DNA of 64,000 bases from Longimicrobiales bacterium (GTDB lineage: Bacteria > Gemmatimonadota > Gemmatimonadetes > Longimicrobiales > Gaopeijiaceae). This document shows positions 50,852-60,600 of the stretch, piece by piece. The notes under the pieces are model-generated. The model searched no databases. It was given only the letters and a program-made list of their open reading frames with translations, and was not told the DNA's origin. Every line of letters begins with the position of its first letter. Positions within the stretch are counted from its first letter, which is position 1. The stretch covers positions 2,112,001 through 2,176,000 of the forward strand of contig CBDDCX010000008.1 in NCBI GenBank assembly GCA_965226375.1. Direction: 5' to 3'. The position numbers were made by a program, and so were the translations under genes.

Positions 50852-52333
50852 TCAATTGGCTACCGGAAGCCCACTGGGCACGCGCTGGGGGACCAGATGA
50901 CTGAGGCTCCGCACTGAGGGGTCCGTGAGGCTCTCCAGGAAGGCCACGATATCGTCGACGTCCTGATCGGATAGAGAGACCGGAGCCAGTTCGTTGGCCT
51001 GGGCAATACGTCCGCGCAGCACCGTTCGAGTCTGGACCCAATCGTCACGCATCAAGAAGGCCCGGAGCCGATACTCGTTCAGCCACCTCTGGCTCACCCT
51101 CGAGCCTACGGCTGTGAGCTCGAGCACCCCCTCCAGTGGGGGGAGCAGACTCCGGTCGAACTTGTAGGACTCCAGCGCCGTTACGGGATCGGCATGGTGC
51201 CGCACGACGGCCTCGAGTGTCTGGTACGCCCCGTCGTGACCCCAGGGGCCGGTGACACCCACATTGCGCAAAGACGGGGTGCGGAATTTGAAATCGTCCT
51301 TCGGACGCTCGGTGACTCCCCCGCGTCCCAGGTCCTCCGGGAACGCCTTCTCCCCCGTCACCGCCCAGTAGCCGGTGTCGCCTCGGTCCGACTTACCCGG
51401 ACCGATCTGGGGCATGCCGATGGCGTGGAAGCCGTGGTCGGTCTGGAACTTGCCCGAATGGCAACTGCCGCAGCCGGCTCTCCCGTAGAAGAGGTCGGCC
51501 CCGCGCTCAGCGCTCCGGCTGAGAGCGCCTACCTGACCGCGCTGGAAGCGGTCGAAGGGACTCTCGTCGGCTCGAAACGCACTGGTCTCGAAAGCCGCGA
51601 TGGCGTTGGCCGCCAGTACGTAATTGACTTCTGCCGCAACGTTCACCCGCGCGGGGAACGCGCGCCGAAACAGTTCGACATACTCCGGGATGCCCTGCAA
51701 ACGCTCCCCGAGTTGCGCCCAAACACCGTCTGGGCCGGCCATGTTCTTACGCGAAGCCGCGTCAGCGATGGAGTTCTCACCGTCTTGGCCGGCCATCTCG
51801 GTCGCTGACACAACGGGGAACATGGCTTGCGCTGCAAGTACGTTGTCGAGTCCCTTGGGGAGCCTCCACCTGGCAGGCGTGATGAATCCACCCTCGTACT
51901 GCCCCTCCGGGTCCGTCTCGACCCGTCCATCGTGGAACAGCCTGGTGAACTCCTCCGCACCCACGTTGAACAGAGCGGACGAGTTTCTGGGCACCCGACC
52001 GTGGACACCGGTGGCCTTTTCTGATCCCGCACGGCGTTCGGGTCCCAGCCCTTGCGCGCCTTCACCCAGTCCTAGGACAAGCCCGTCTGTGGTTCCGAGG
52101 TCGGGGTGATGGCACGTAGCGCAGGCGATGTTGCGATTGCCACTCAGGATCTTATCGAAGAAGAGCACGCGTCCCAGCTCGACCTTTGCCGGGGAAGGCG
52201 CTCCTCCGTGGTAGTAATCGCCGTCGACTACGGCGGCGCGTAGCAGTGGCGGCGGGGCAGCGCTGTCCACCGTTCCATGATGCGACACCATAACGGCGGG
52301 GGCCACCAACAATACTCCTACCAAGGACTTCAT
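50852..52333 (-). CDS. Di-heme cytochrome c peroxidase / MauG superfamily protein
   Basis: ELGRVLFFDKILS, CATCH, CGSCH, FRTPSLRNV, HDG, IVAFLESLTD, and a signal-like N-terminus. Confidence 0.88.
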   Translation of the reverse strand: MKSLVGVLLVAPAVMVSHHGTVDSAAPPPLLRAAVVDGDYYHGGAPSPAKVELGRVLFFDKILSGNRNIACATCHHPDLGTTDGLVLGLGEGAQGLGPERRAGSEKATGVHGRVPRNSSALFNVGAEEFTRLFHDGRVETDPEGQYEGGFITPARWRLPKGLDNVLAAQAMFPVVSATEMAGQDGENSIADAASRKNMAGPDGVWAQLGERLQGIPEYVELFRRAFPARVNVAAEVNYVLAANAIAAFETSAFRADESPFDRFQRGQVGALSRSAERGADLFYGRAGCGSCHSGKFQTDHGFHAIGMPQIGPGKSDRGDTGYWAVTGEKAFPEDLGRGGVTERPKDDFKFRTPSLRNVGVTGPWGHDGAYQTLEAVVRHHADPVTALESYKFDRSLLPPLEGVLELTAVGSRVSQRWLNEYRLRAFLMRDDWVQTRTVLRGRIAQANELAPVSLSDQDVDDIVAFLESLTDPSVRSLSHLVPQRVPSGLPVAN

Positions 52334-52511
52334 TTCATCCCTCTCCTGGCCCGATCGGGCCGGCGGGCTGCCCGGCTTACCCTTGGTCACACGCCAGACC
52401 TCACCGGAGCCAGCCACCGGGTCAATGTAGATGGCATGTCACGGGAGATCCATGTCGGGGGGGATCTATATCGGGCGAGTTCAGGTTGCGGAAGTGGTCC
52501 CAGTCCGGGCT

Positions 52512-55236
52512 CTAGTCCGCCGAAAGCGCCCGGACCGGATCTACACGGCTGGCGCGTAGCGACGGCATCAGGGATCCCAGAATCGCCACGCCGAACAAGG
52601 TGAGCGTGGCTGAAACAAAGGTCCGGGGATCGTGCGTCGAGACCCCGAAGACCAGGCTGGCCAGCAAGCGAGTGCCCAACAGGGCAAGGAGAAGTCCGAC
52701 CGCGAGGCCCATGCAGGTCTGGCCCAGTCCCTGTCCCAGAGTCATGCGGATCACGGCCCCGCGGCTGGCTCCCAAGGCCAGGCGAACGCCGATTTCGCGG
52801 GTCCGGGCGGTGACCGCCTGCGCGCTCACTCCGTAGATACCGATGGCGCTCCATGTCACTGCGATCACGGTGAAGAGGCTCAGAAGTAAGAGGTTGAACC
52901 TGGGTCGAGCCACCGAATCCGAGAGAATGGCCTCGCCCGTGCGAATCGCCTCCAGAGGTTGGTCCGGGTTCACCTCGAGTACCGCACTCTGCAATAGAGT
53001 AGCGAGCTCTTCCGGAGGTCCCGACGTACGCACGACCACTACCATCTCCTGCATCGTGACCTGGCCGTACGGGCGATAAAGGTACGGCTCGGGGATGGTG
53101 GCGAGACTGCTTCCTCGAATATCCGAGAGGAGCCCCACGACCCGGTAGCGGGTCCCCGGATCGTCGGGCCTGCCGGAAAACATGGTACGCCCTACAGGGT
53201 CCTGTCCCGGCCACAACTGACTCGCCAACGCCTCATTGATCACCGCAACCGCGTCATCCACCGAGGCGTCATCCCGCGAAAAACCGCGGCCCGGAAGCAA
53301 CGTCATTCCCATCATCTGGAAATAGGTCGGCGTCGCCACCCGGAAACGAACGTCGTCGACGAATCCGTCCTGCCCACCGGCGCCCTCCCGATGCAGGAGC
53401 GTGCCTCCACCCCGATTGCCACTCAAAGGGAAGACGGATACGGCGCCCGCGGCCGTCACGCCGGGGAGTGCGCCCAACACCGGCAGAAGCTCCTCGAAAA
53501 ACTGGGTACGACTCTCACGGTCCGGGAAGCTGGCAGAGGCGAGGTTGAGCTCGGCCGTGAGAACGTTGTCGGTGCGAAAGCCCGGGTCGACTCCGGACAG
53601 CCGTACAAGGGTCTGGAGCAGGAGCCCCGCACCGATGAGAAGGACCAAAGCCAGGGCCGAACTCGGAAGCCACTAGCCCCCCCCTCACGTGCCGCCCTGC
53701 CCTGCCCATGCTTACTCGAGAAGAGCCGCGCGCCAGCGCACCCATCACGCTGGAGCCAGACACGACGAGCTCGGGGACCAACGCGGCCAGCAGTGCGGTA
53801 AAGGCGGTCAACCCGAGGGCGAATCCGACCGCCGCCCGGTCCATCCGGATCGTATCCATTCTCGGAAAGTTCAGTGGCCCCAACGTCGACAGGGCCTCCA
53901 CCCCGAGGGAAGCGAGTACCAGCCCGAGGCCCGCTCCCAGCGTTCCCGCCACAAGACTCTCGATCGTGACGAGCCTGGCAATCTGGAGGCGACTCGCTCC
54001 GTGGGCGGCACGAACCGCCACCTCCCTCGTTCGGTCGAGGACGCGAGCCACTCCGAGGTTGGCGATATTCGCAGCGGCTACCAACCAGAGAAGGAGCACC
54101 GCGGCCATCAAGGCCGAAAGCGCCGGCCGGACGTCACCTACGGTCTGCTCGAGAAGTCCCACCACACGCATTCCCTCACCCCCGTTGCTCTCCGGGTACT
54201 CCTCGGCCAGGCTTCGGCCCAAAGCGGCCACTTCCAGCTGGGCGTCGCCCACGGTCACGCCTGGCTTGATGCGTCCGAGGACTTGCAGGAGATGATTTCT
54301 CCGGCTGTCGCGCCAGCTCTGGAACAAAGGAAGTGGGCGCCACACCCGAGCCCCACTACCGACCGGGAACTCGAAGCCCGGCGGCATGATCCCTACTACG
54401 GTGTGCGGTGTTCCGTTCAGCTGGAGGACACGGCCGAGAATGTCCGGATCGGCACCGAAGCGGATCGACCATTCCTCATGGCTCAAGATCACCTTCTGCT
54501 GATTGCCGGGTTCATTCTCTTCGGGGATGAATGAGCGTCCCAGGGTAGGCTCGACCCCGAGCAAGGCAAGGAGGTTGGCTGTGATCATGGCGCCGGGAAT
54601 CCGCTCCGGTCTGTCTCCACCCGTGAGCGTGACGCTTGGAAAATCACCGAACATCCAGGCGCCGAGGTCGGTGAATGATCCGGTCCGTTGGCGGGCGGAC
54701 TCCATGTTGGGGATGGAGAAGGGCAGATCGGGTCGGGCGTCACGGGTCTCCCAGACCTGCACCAACTCCTCGGGAGAGTCGAACGGCAGGGGCCGAAGCA
54801 GGACGTGGCGAAACGCACTGAAGACGGCCGTGGTGGCGCCGACGCCCATCGCGAACGTGAGCACCACCGTCGTCGTGAAGCCCACCCGCCGTCTCAGGGT
54901 CCGGAGCGCGTATCGAGTCTCACTGATTATCGCAGCTATCGTGTCACCTCCCCGCCTCCCGGTAATGCCACCTCGTCGGTAGTCGATCGATTCTCCGTGA
55001 ACCAGTGTAGAGCTTGTCTTGCGCGGTGATGCCGCGGTGAGCGCGAGATCTGCGAGGGACCGCAGCCAGAAGACTACGACGGGCACGACGCCGCCCCGGC
55101 CCTGCGCCTGGCGAAGACCGTCCCTAAAGACCTCGACCATCTCGGTCTCGGCCTCCAGCCGGAACCGCTTCGTAAGGAGCCGTAACAGGAGGCGATAGGC
55201 CCGCTCCGAACGGCCCGGTCCACCGCGCCCCGTCAC
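52512..55236 (-). CDS. ADOP-type permease with prefix domain, single-base frameshift ~53657
   Basis: ORFs 53515-55236 and 52512-53648 join as LVASEF/ALALVLLIGAG when one G is removed. The GTG start overlaps the padR stop. Confidence 0.8.
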
Positions 55237-55565
55237 TGAGGGCCACCCTCCGGTACCAGCTCAGAGGCCTCCGCCGCGGACAGCACCTTTCTGAGTCGCG
55301 CGGACTCCGCCACAACGACCTGAAGGCCGAGGCTCGTCAGGCGATGATACTGGCGGCGCTCATCCGAATCCTTCTGATCGGCAGGTGGATCCACCCTCTC
55401 GATAACCTCCTGCTCGCGCATCTCCTTGAGCAGGCGGTACAGGGTGCCGGGCCCTACGATGGCGCCGCCGTCCAACTGCTGGTTCACGTGCTCCATGATG
55501 CCGAAGCCGTGGCGAGCCTCACCTCGAAGACTCAGGAGCACCGCGAAGTGCACAGGCTTAATCAT
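55233..55565 (-). CDS. PadR-family regulator
   Basis: HGFGIM, GPGTLYRLLKEM, RRQYHRLT. Confidence 0.9.
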   Translation of the reverse strand: MIKPVHFAVLLSLRGEARHGFGIMEHVNQQLDGGAIVGPGTLYRLLKEMREQEVIERVDPPADQKDSDERRQYHRLTSLGLQVVVAESARLRKVLSAAEASELVPEGGPQ

Positions 55566-55583
55566 GATGTTCTCGCCGTAGAA

Positions 55584-55618
55584 ATCTTCAATTCCGAAGT
55601 ATATTCGATATTGAAGAT
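55584..55618. promoter_or_regulatory. Putative PadR operator
   Basis: ATCTTCAAT...ATTGAAGAT inverted repeat made of two TTC-N6-GAA boxes 17 bp apart, 19 nt upstream of the padR ATG. Confidence 0.65.
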
Positions 55619-55633
55619 ACCTGTCCGGGCACC

Positions 55634-55861
55634 ATGGACTCGAAGGCGTCCGGCAACGCCTTCGTCCAGTACAACTCGACCACGCGCCAAGTCGACTTCA
55701 ACGTTCGGATGCGCTACAACTTTTCAGAAGGAACGGATCTCTGGATCGTCTATAATGAGGGGCTCAACACCGAACGATCCCTCGATCCGGGACAACCCAC
55801 GCCGCCGCTCTCCTTGTCACGCGCCATCATCGTGAAGTACTCGTATACGTTCCACCGCTGA
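55634..55861 (+). pseudogene. C-terminal fragment of an outer-membrane beta-barrel-like protein
   Basis: Alternating aromatic beta-strand pattern NAFVQYNS...NVRMRYNF...IVKYSYTF. No room for an N-terminus. Confidence 0.5.
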
Positions 55862-55886
55862 GCCAACCTGCACCCACGCACGAGCG

Positions 55887-56573
55887 ATGTCCGTGAACGA
55901 CCTCCGTCCCATGAAGCCCACCGACTGGAGGGTGCGGGCCGAGCTGTACCAACAATTCATCCAGGGCACCGGGCCGCCCTCGCACGTCTCCCTCGCGGCC
56001 GCCGTGGAGATGGATGAAGAGGAAATCGAAGAATGCCTATCCACATTGGCCGGACATCACCTGATCACGCTAAAGGGTGACGCCGGCTTTATCTGGATGG
56101 TCCATCCTTTCTCCGCCGTGCCGACCGCGTACCCGGTGGAGACACTGTTGGGCCTGTTCTGGGCGAACTGTGCATGGGACATACTCGGTATCCCCTCCCT
56201 GCTCGGTGTGGACGCCACCACGCGGAGCAGATGCGCCGAAAGCGCGCAGGATCTGGAGTTGGGTGTGTTCAAGGGTGACGCCTGGGGGGAGGGATGCGTT
56301 CACTTCCTGGTCCCACCCCGGGACTCCTGGAACGACATCGGTTTCACGTGAGCCACCATCCTCCTCTTCCGGTCGGAAGACGATGTGGATCGCTGGTGTG
56401 AGCGCAGGTCTCTCGAGAAGGGCGGAGTGATGAGTGTAGACCAATGCTGGCAGGTGGCTAGGGAGTGGTACGGTGGACGCGAAAAGGCAGACTGGCGGCC
56501 CAAGTCCTCTGAAGAGGCCGAGAGGATCTTTCGGGCGGCCGGCCTTGAAGGACCCCACTGGCGCTTCAGCTAG
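55887..56573 (+). CDS. Probable selenoprotein: MerB-like (alkylmercury lyase fold) protein (Sec155, TGA 56349-56351)
   Basis: N-terminal HTH, HPFSAVPT, WANCAWD. Read-through gives WNDIGFT-U-ATILLFRSE...EWY, in frame with ORF 56385-56573. A SECIS-like hairpin follows. Confidence 0.8.
56353..56388 (+). promoter_or_regulatory. Bacterial SECIS-like hairpin
   Basis: Upper stem TCTTCC-GGTC-GGAAGA (56365-56380) and lower stem CCAC.ATC/GAT.GTGG, with the loop 19 nt after the TGA. Confidence 0.7.
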
Positions 56574-56633
56574 CAGCCGTCCGATCTTCTCTGCGACCCT
56601 GTGAGCGGACGACCCAGCCCGATCGGCAAAGAC

Positions 56634-57803
56634 ATGGCACGAGATTCGGACGAACGAACCCCAGACGACGAGTTGGCCGACGCCACCGTGTTGGCGCAGG
56701 CCGGACAGGCTGTTGACCCGACGACCGGCGCGTTGGTACCGCCCTTACATATGGCGACCACGTTCGGGCGCGACGCCGAAAACAAACTGATCGGCGACTA
56801 CCTCTACTCCCGCTACCAGAACCCCACCGTCGTGCACGCGGAGCAACTGCTGGCCGGGCTCGAAGGAGGAGCCGGGGCCATGCTGTTCGCGTCCGGGCTG
56901 GCCGCGGTGGCAGCCGTGTTCGAGACGGTCGAGAGCGGCAGGCACGTGGTCGCTCCCACCATCATGTATCACGGCGCCCAGGACTGGCTCCACCGGATCG
57001 AGAGTCGCAGGGGCATCGACCTCTCTCTGTTCGACGCCACCGACCCTGACGCGCTGGGTCAGGCACTGAGAGACGGTGCTACTTCGATCGTCTGGATCGA
57101 GACGCCCGTCAATCCGACCTGGGACATCATCGACATCCGGGTGGCGGCCGACCTCGCGCACGAGGCTGGCGCGATCCTGGCAGTGGACAGCACGGTCGCA
57201 TCGCCCATCACCACCCGGCCCCTCGAGCTCGGTGCCGACCTCGTGTTCCATTCGGCCACAAAGTACATGAACGGGCACTCCGACGTCTTGGCGGGTGTCC
57301 TCATTACTCCAGAGGTGGACGAGTTGTGGGAGGAGCTCCAAACGATCCGCAGACTGAGCGGCGGAGTGTTGGGCGCCCACGACGCCTGGATGCTCATACG
57401 CGGCCTGCGGACGCTACCCCTTCGCTTCGAGCGCGCCTCACGGAGCGCGCTTGAAATCGCCCGTCATCTGGAGGGGCACCCGGGCCTGGAAGCCGTGCTC
57501 TACCCGGGACTCGAGAGCCACCCCGGCCACGAGGTGGCGCGGCGACAGATGACCGACGGGTTCGGAGCGCTGATGTCGATCCTGGTGAAAGGCGGCGCGG
57601 AAGAGGCCTTGGCCGTGACGGGCCGACTCCGTGTCTTCGTGCGGGCTACGTCGCTGGGCGGCGTGGAGAGCCTCGTGGAGCATCGTGCAACCGTGGAGGG
57701 TCCCCATAGCCAGGTGCCTCCCAACCTGGTGCGGCTCTCGATCGGCATCGAGGATCCGGCGGACCTGATCGCCGACCTCGACCGGGCGTTGGCGGGGGAC
57801 TGA
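56634..57803 (+). CDS. Cystathionine gamma-synthase/lyase family PLP enzyme
   Basis: YSRYQNPT, FASGLAA, ETPVNP, HSATKYMNGHSD, TSLGGVESL, RLSIGIED. Confidence 0.9.
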   Translation: MARDSDERTPDDELADATVLAQAGQAVDPTTGALVPPLHMATTFGRDAENKLIGDYLYSRYQNPTVVHAEQLLAGLEGGAGAMLFASGLAAVAAVFETVESGRHVVAPTIMYHGAQDWLHRIESRRGIDLSLFDATDPDALGQALRDGATSIVWIETPVNPTWDIIDIRVAADLAHEAGAILAVDSTVASPITTRPLELGADLVFHSATKYMNGHSDVLAGVLITPEVDELWEELQTIRRLSGGVLGAHDAWMLIRGLRTLPLRFERASRSALEIARHLEGHPGLEAVLYPGLESHPGHEVARRQMTDGFGALMSILVKGGAEEALAVTGRLRVFVRATSLGGVESLVEHRATVEGPHSQVPPNLVRLSIGIEDPADLIADLDRALAGD

Positions 57804-57849
57804 GGGCCAACACCCGTTCGAGGCGATTTCGGCGAGGGAACCGGGAGCG

Positions 57850-60597
57850 TTATTCCGACCGCAACGCACCCACGGGATCAATTCGAGTGGCCCTCACCGC
57901 CAGCACCAAGCATGCCGCCGCGGCCACGACTAGCAGGGCCGCCGCCACGCCCAGGTATGTCGGAAGGTCGGCAGAGCCCACTCCGAACAGCAGGGCGTCC
58001 ATGATTCGTGTGAGAGCCAAAGCGGCTCCCAGCCCGACCGCGGTGCCCAGAACAGCAGGAGTCATGCCTCCGCGCAGAACGAGACGCAAAGCGTCGGCCC
58101 TCCCGGCACCCAGTGCGATGCGAATGCCGATCTCCTGGGCCCGTTGGCCGACCTGGTAGGAGATCACCCCATAGATCCCGAGGCTGGCCAAGACGAGCGC
58201 GAGAAGGGCGAACACCCCGAGGAGGACCGTGAAAAAGCGGGGCTCTGCCATCGACTCGGCCAGTACCCGATCCACGGTGGCGATCTCGGAGATGGGCTGA
58301 TTGACGTCCAGACGGGCCATCACCTGGCGCACGCCGGAGACCACCGCCAGCGGATTGCCCGCGGTGTGCAACACGTAGGTCATGCCTCGACGAGAGAACA
58401 GCTCTTGCGAGATGTAGGCCACGAGTGGCGTCTCCTCCCGCAGACCAAAGTGCTTCACATCCTCCACCACCCCGACGATCTCGATCTCCGACCCATACAT
58501 CTGGAGAAAGCGGCCCACGGCCAAGTCACCTCCGAAGGCCACCCGCGCGAGGCGCTCATTGATCACGACCGTGGGCGGCGCGTTCTCCGTGTCCAGCTCG
58601 TTGATGCTCCTCCCTTGGCGGAGCTGAATCCCCAGGGATCGGAATAGCCCCGGGCTCACCTGGATGACCTGTAGGTCCTGCTCGAAAAGCGCAGCAGAAG
58701 GGCCATCCCCCACCACACTCCAGTCGGTCTGCTCGCCCGCACCCTGCATGGGAAAATGACGGATGGATCCCACTTCCAGCACGGCGGGCAGGTCGCTGAA
58801 TCGATCCAGCGCTTCCCGGTGGAAGCCCATGTAGTCGGGCCGTTCCGGGTATGTGGCAGCCGATATGGTGAGTGTTACTGCGAGCCGGTCCTCGATATCG
58901 AACCCCGGATCGACACGCTGTGTCAGCCACAAGCTCCGCAGCATGAGCCCCGCCCCGACCAGCAGGACCACCGCGACGGCCACCTCGACGCCCACGAGCC
59001 AGGGTTGGGTGCCACCGCGGCCCCGCCCGATGCTCCGGCCCCCGACCTTGAGTGCCTCAGAGACGCTCGTGCGCGAGATGGCAAAGGCAGGGAGCATCCC
59101 AAAGAGAATACCGGTGAAGAGGGAGACACCCACCACAAAAGCCAGGACGCGAAGATCCGGGGCCACCTCACTCGCCCTCGGGATGACCCCGGCACTCCAG
59201 CTGGACAGACTTCGAAGGTCGACGAACGAGAGAGCGACCCCCGCCAGACCACCCAAACCCGACAGGACCACACTCTCCGTGAGCACCTGCCGGATCAGCC
59301 TGCCTTTTGGTGCACCCAGCGCGGTGCGGACGGCCATCTCGGTCCCGCGGCTCGTGCCACGGGCAAGGAGCAGGTTGGCCATGTTCGCACAGGCGATGAG
59401 CAGGATGAAACCGACCGCTCCCAGGAGCACGAGCAGAGGTGTGCGGACGTCGCCGACCATTGTCTGGTGAAGTGGTTCCACCGTGGCCCGATTCAGTCCC
59501 TCGTTCGTGTCCGCATACTCCGTACTCAACGCTCTAGCCACAGAGCCGAGGTCATCGGCCGCCGCTGCCACCGTAGCACCAGGAGCCAGGCGACCCACCG
59601 CGTTCAGAAAACGTACGGGACGCAGTTGGAGCGGAATGGACGACGCGGGGATGACCGTGAGGAAGGCCCACATCTCGATTTCGGGAACGGGAAACCGAAA
59701 ACCCCGGGGCATGACCCCCACGACCTCGTAGCCCTCATTCTTCAGCGTCAATGTGCGACCGATGATGGTCGGGTCGGATCCGAAACGCCGCACCCAGGAG
59801 TCATGGCTCAGAACCACGACCCGGTTCTGACCGTACTCCTCCTCTCGTCTGAGGGTGCGTCCGAGGCGGGCGGGAACCCCTAGAGCCTCGAAGAAACCCG
59901 CAGATACATAGGCCGTCTCGACCTCTTCTGCAGGGCCTTCGTTCTGCAGGATGAGGTCGCTGGGGAGCATACTGTAGAGGCCCAGATCACTCAGTGTTGT
60001 CGTGCGCTCGGCCCAGTCCTCGAAGTCGGGAACGGAGAGACCTCCGTGGCCGCCTTCCGAACGAGCGGCCCAAACCCGAACCAGACGCTCCGACTGTGGA
60101 AACGGCAGCGGGCGAATCAGGACACTGTTCACGACCGTGAACATGGCCGTATTCGCGCCGATTCCGAGTGTCAGAATGAGCAACGCCACCAAGGTGAATC
60201 CCGGGTTCCGCAGCAGCGAACGGAGTGCATAATGCACGTCTTGCCAGAGCCCATCCATGTGTCTTCCCCCCGTCATCTTCATCTTCACGTGAATCCGTCC
60301 GTATCGATCGCCTCCCCTCGACCCTGCTCGCCCAGAGCGTGCCCGGTGGAGCATCACCAACGGATGCAGGCGGGCACCGAGTGACGCGAGAGCCATCCGC
60401 CAATACCAACGCCGGGCCCCCGCCACCCCGAGACGGTCCACGACGTGTCCCAGGAACTCCTCGTCCAGGTCACCCAGGATGAACTCGGCCTCCACGCCTG
60501 GAAGTAAGACTCGTAGCAACAGGCCAGCGAGCCGGGGAGCCCGCGCGAGGTCGGGGGTTCTTGAGGTGGGCGGACTGAAATCGTGCAGTCGCGACAT
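57850..60597 (-). CDS. ADOP-type permease with prefix domain
   Basis: Prefix ILGDLDEEF...ARRWYWR, then QDVHYALRSLLRNPGF and both MacB/FtsX halves. Confidence 0.9.
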   Translation of the reverse strand: MSRLHDFSPPTSRTPDLARAPRLAGLLLRVLLPGVEAEFILGDLDEEFLGHVVDRLGVAGARRWYWRMALASLGARLHPLVMLHRARSGRAGSRGGDRYGRIHVKMKMTGGRHMDGLWQDVHYALRSLLRNPGFTLVALLILTLGIGANTAMFTVVNSVLIRPLPFPQSERLVRVWAARSEGGHGGLSVPDFEDWAERTTTLSDLGLYSMLPSDLILQNEGPAEEVETAYVSAGFFEALGVPARLGRTLRREEEYGQNRVVVLSHDSWVRRFGSDPTIIGRTLTLKNEGYEVVGVMPRGFRFPVPEIEMWAFLTVIPASSIPLQLRPVRFLNAVGRLAPGATVAAAADDLGSVARALSTEYADTNEGLNRATVEPLHQTMVGDVRTPLLVLLGAVGFILLIACANMANLLLARGTSRGTEMAVRTALGAPKGRLIRQVLTESVVLSGLGGLAGVALSFVDLRSLSSWSAGVIPRASEVAPDLRVLAFVVGVSLFTGILFGMLPAFAISRTSVSEALKVGGRSIGRGRGGTQPWLVGVEVAVAVVLLVGAGLMLRSLWLTQRVDPGFDIEDRLAVTLTISAATYPERPDYMGFHREALDRFSDLPAVLEVGSIRHFPMQGAGEQTDWSVVGDGPSAALFEQDLQVIQVSPGLFRSLGIQLRQGRSINELDTENAPPTVVINERLARVAFGGDLAVGRFLQMYGSEIEIVGVVEDVKHFGLREETPLVAYISQELFSRRGMTYVLHTAGNPLAVVSGVRQVMARLDVNQPISEIATVDRVLAESMAEPRFFTVLLGVFALLALVLASLGIYGVISYQVGQRAQEIGIRIALGAGRADALRLVLRGGMTPAVLGTAVGLGAALALTRIMDALLFGVGSADLPTYLGVAAALLVVAAAACLVLAVRATRIDPVGALRSE

Positions 60598-60600
60598 GGG

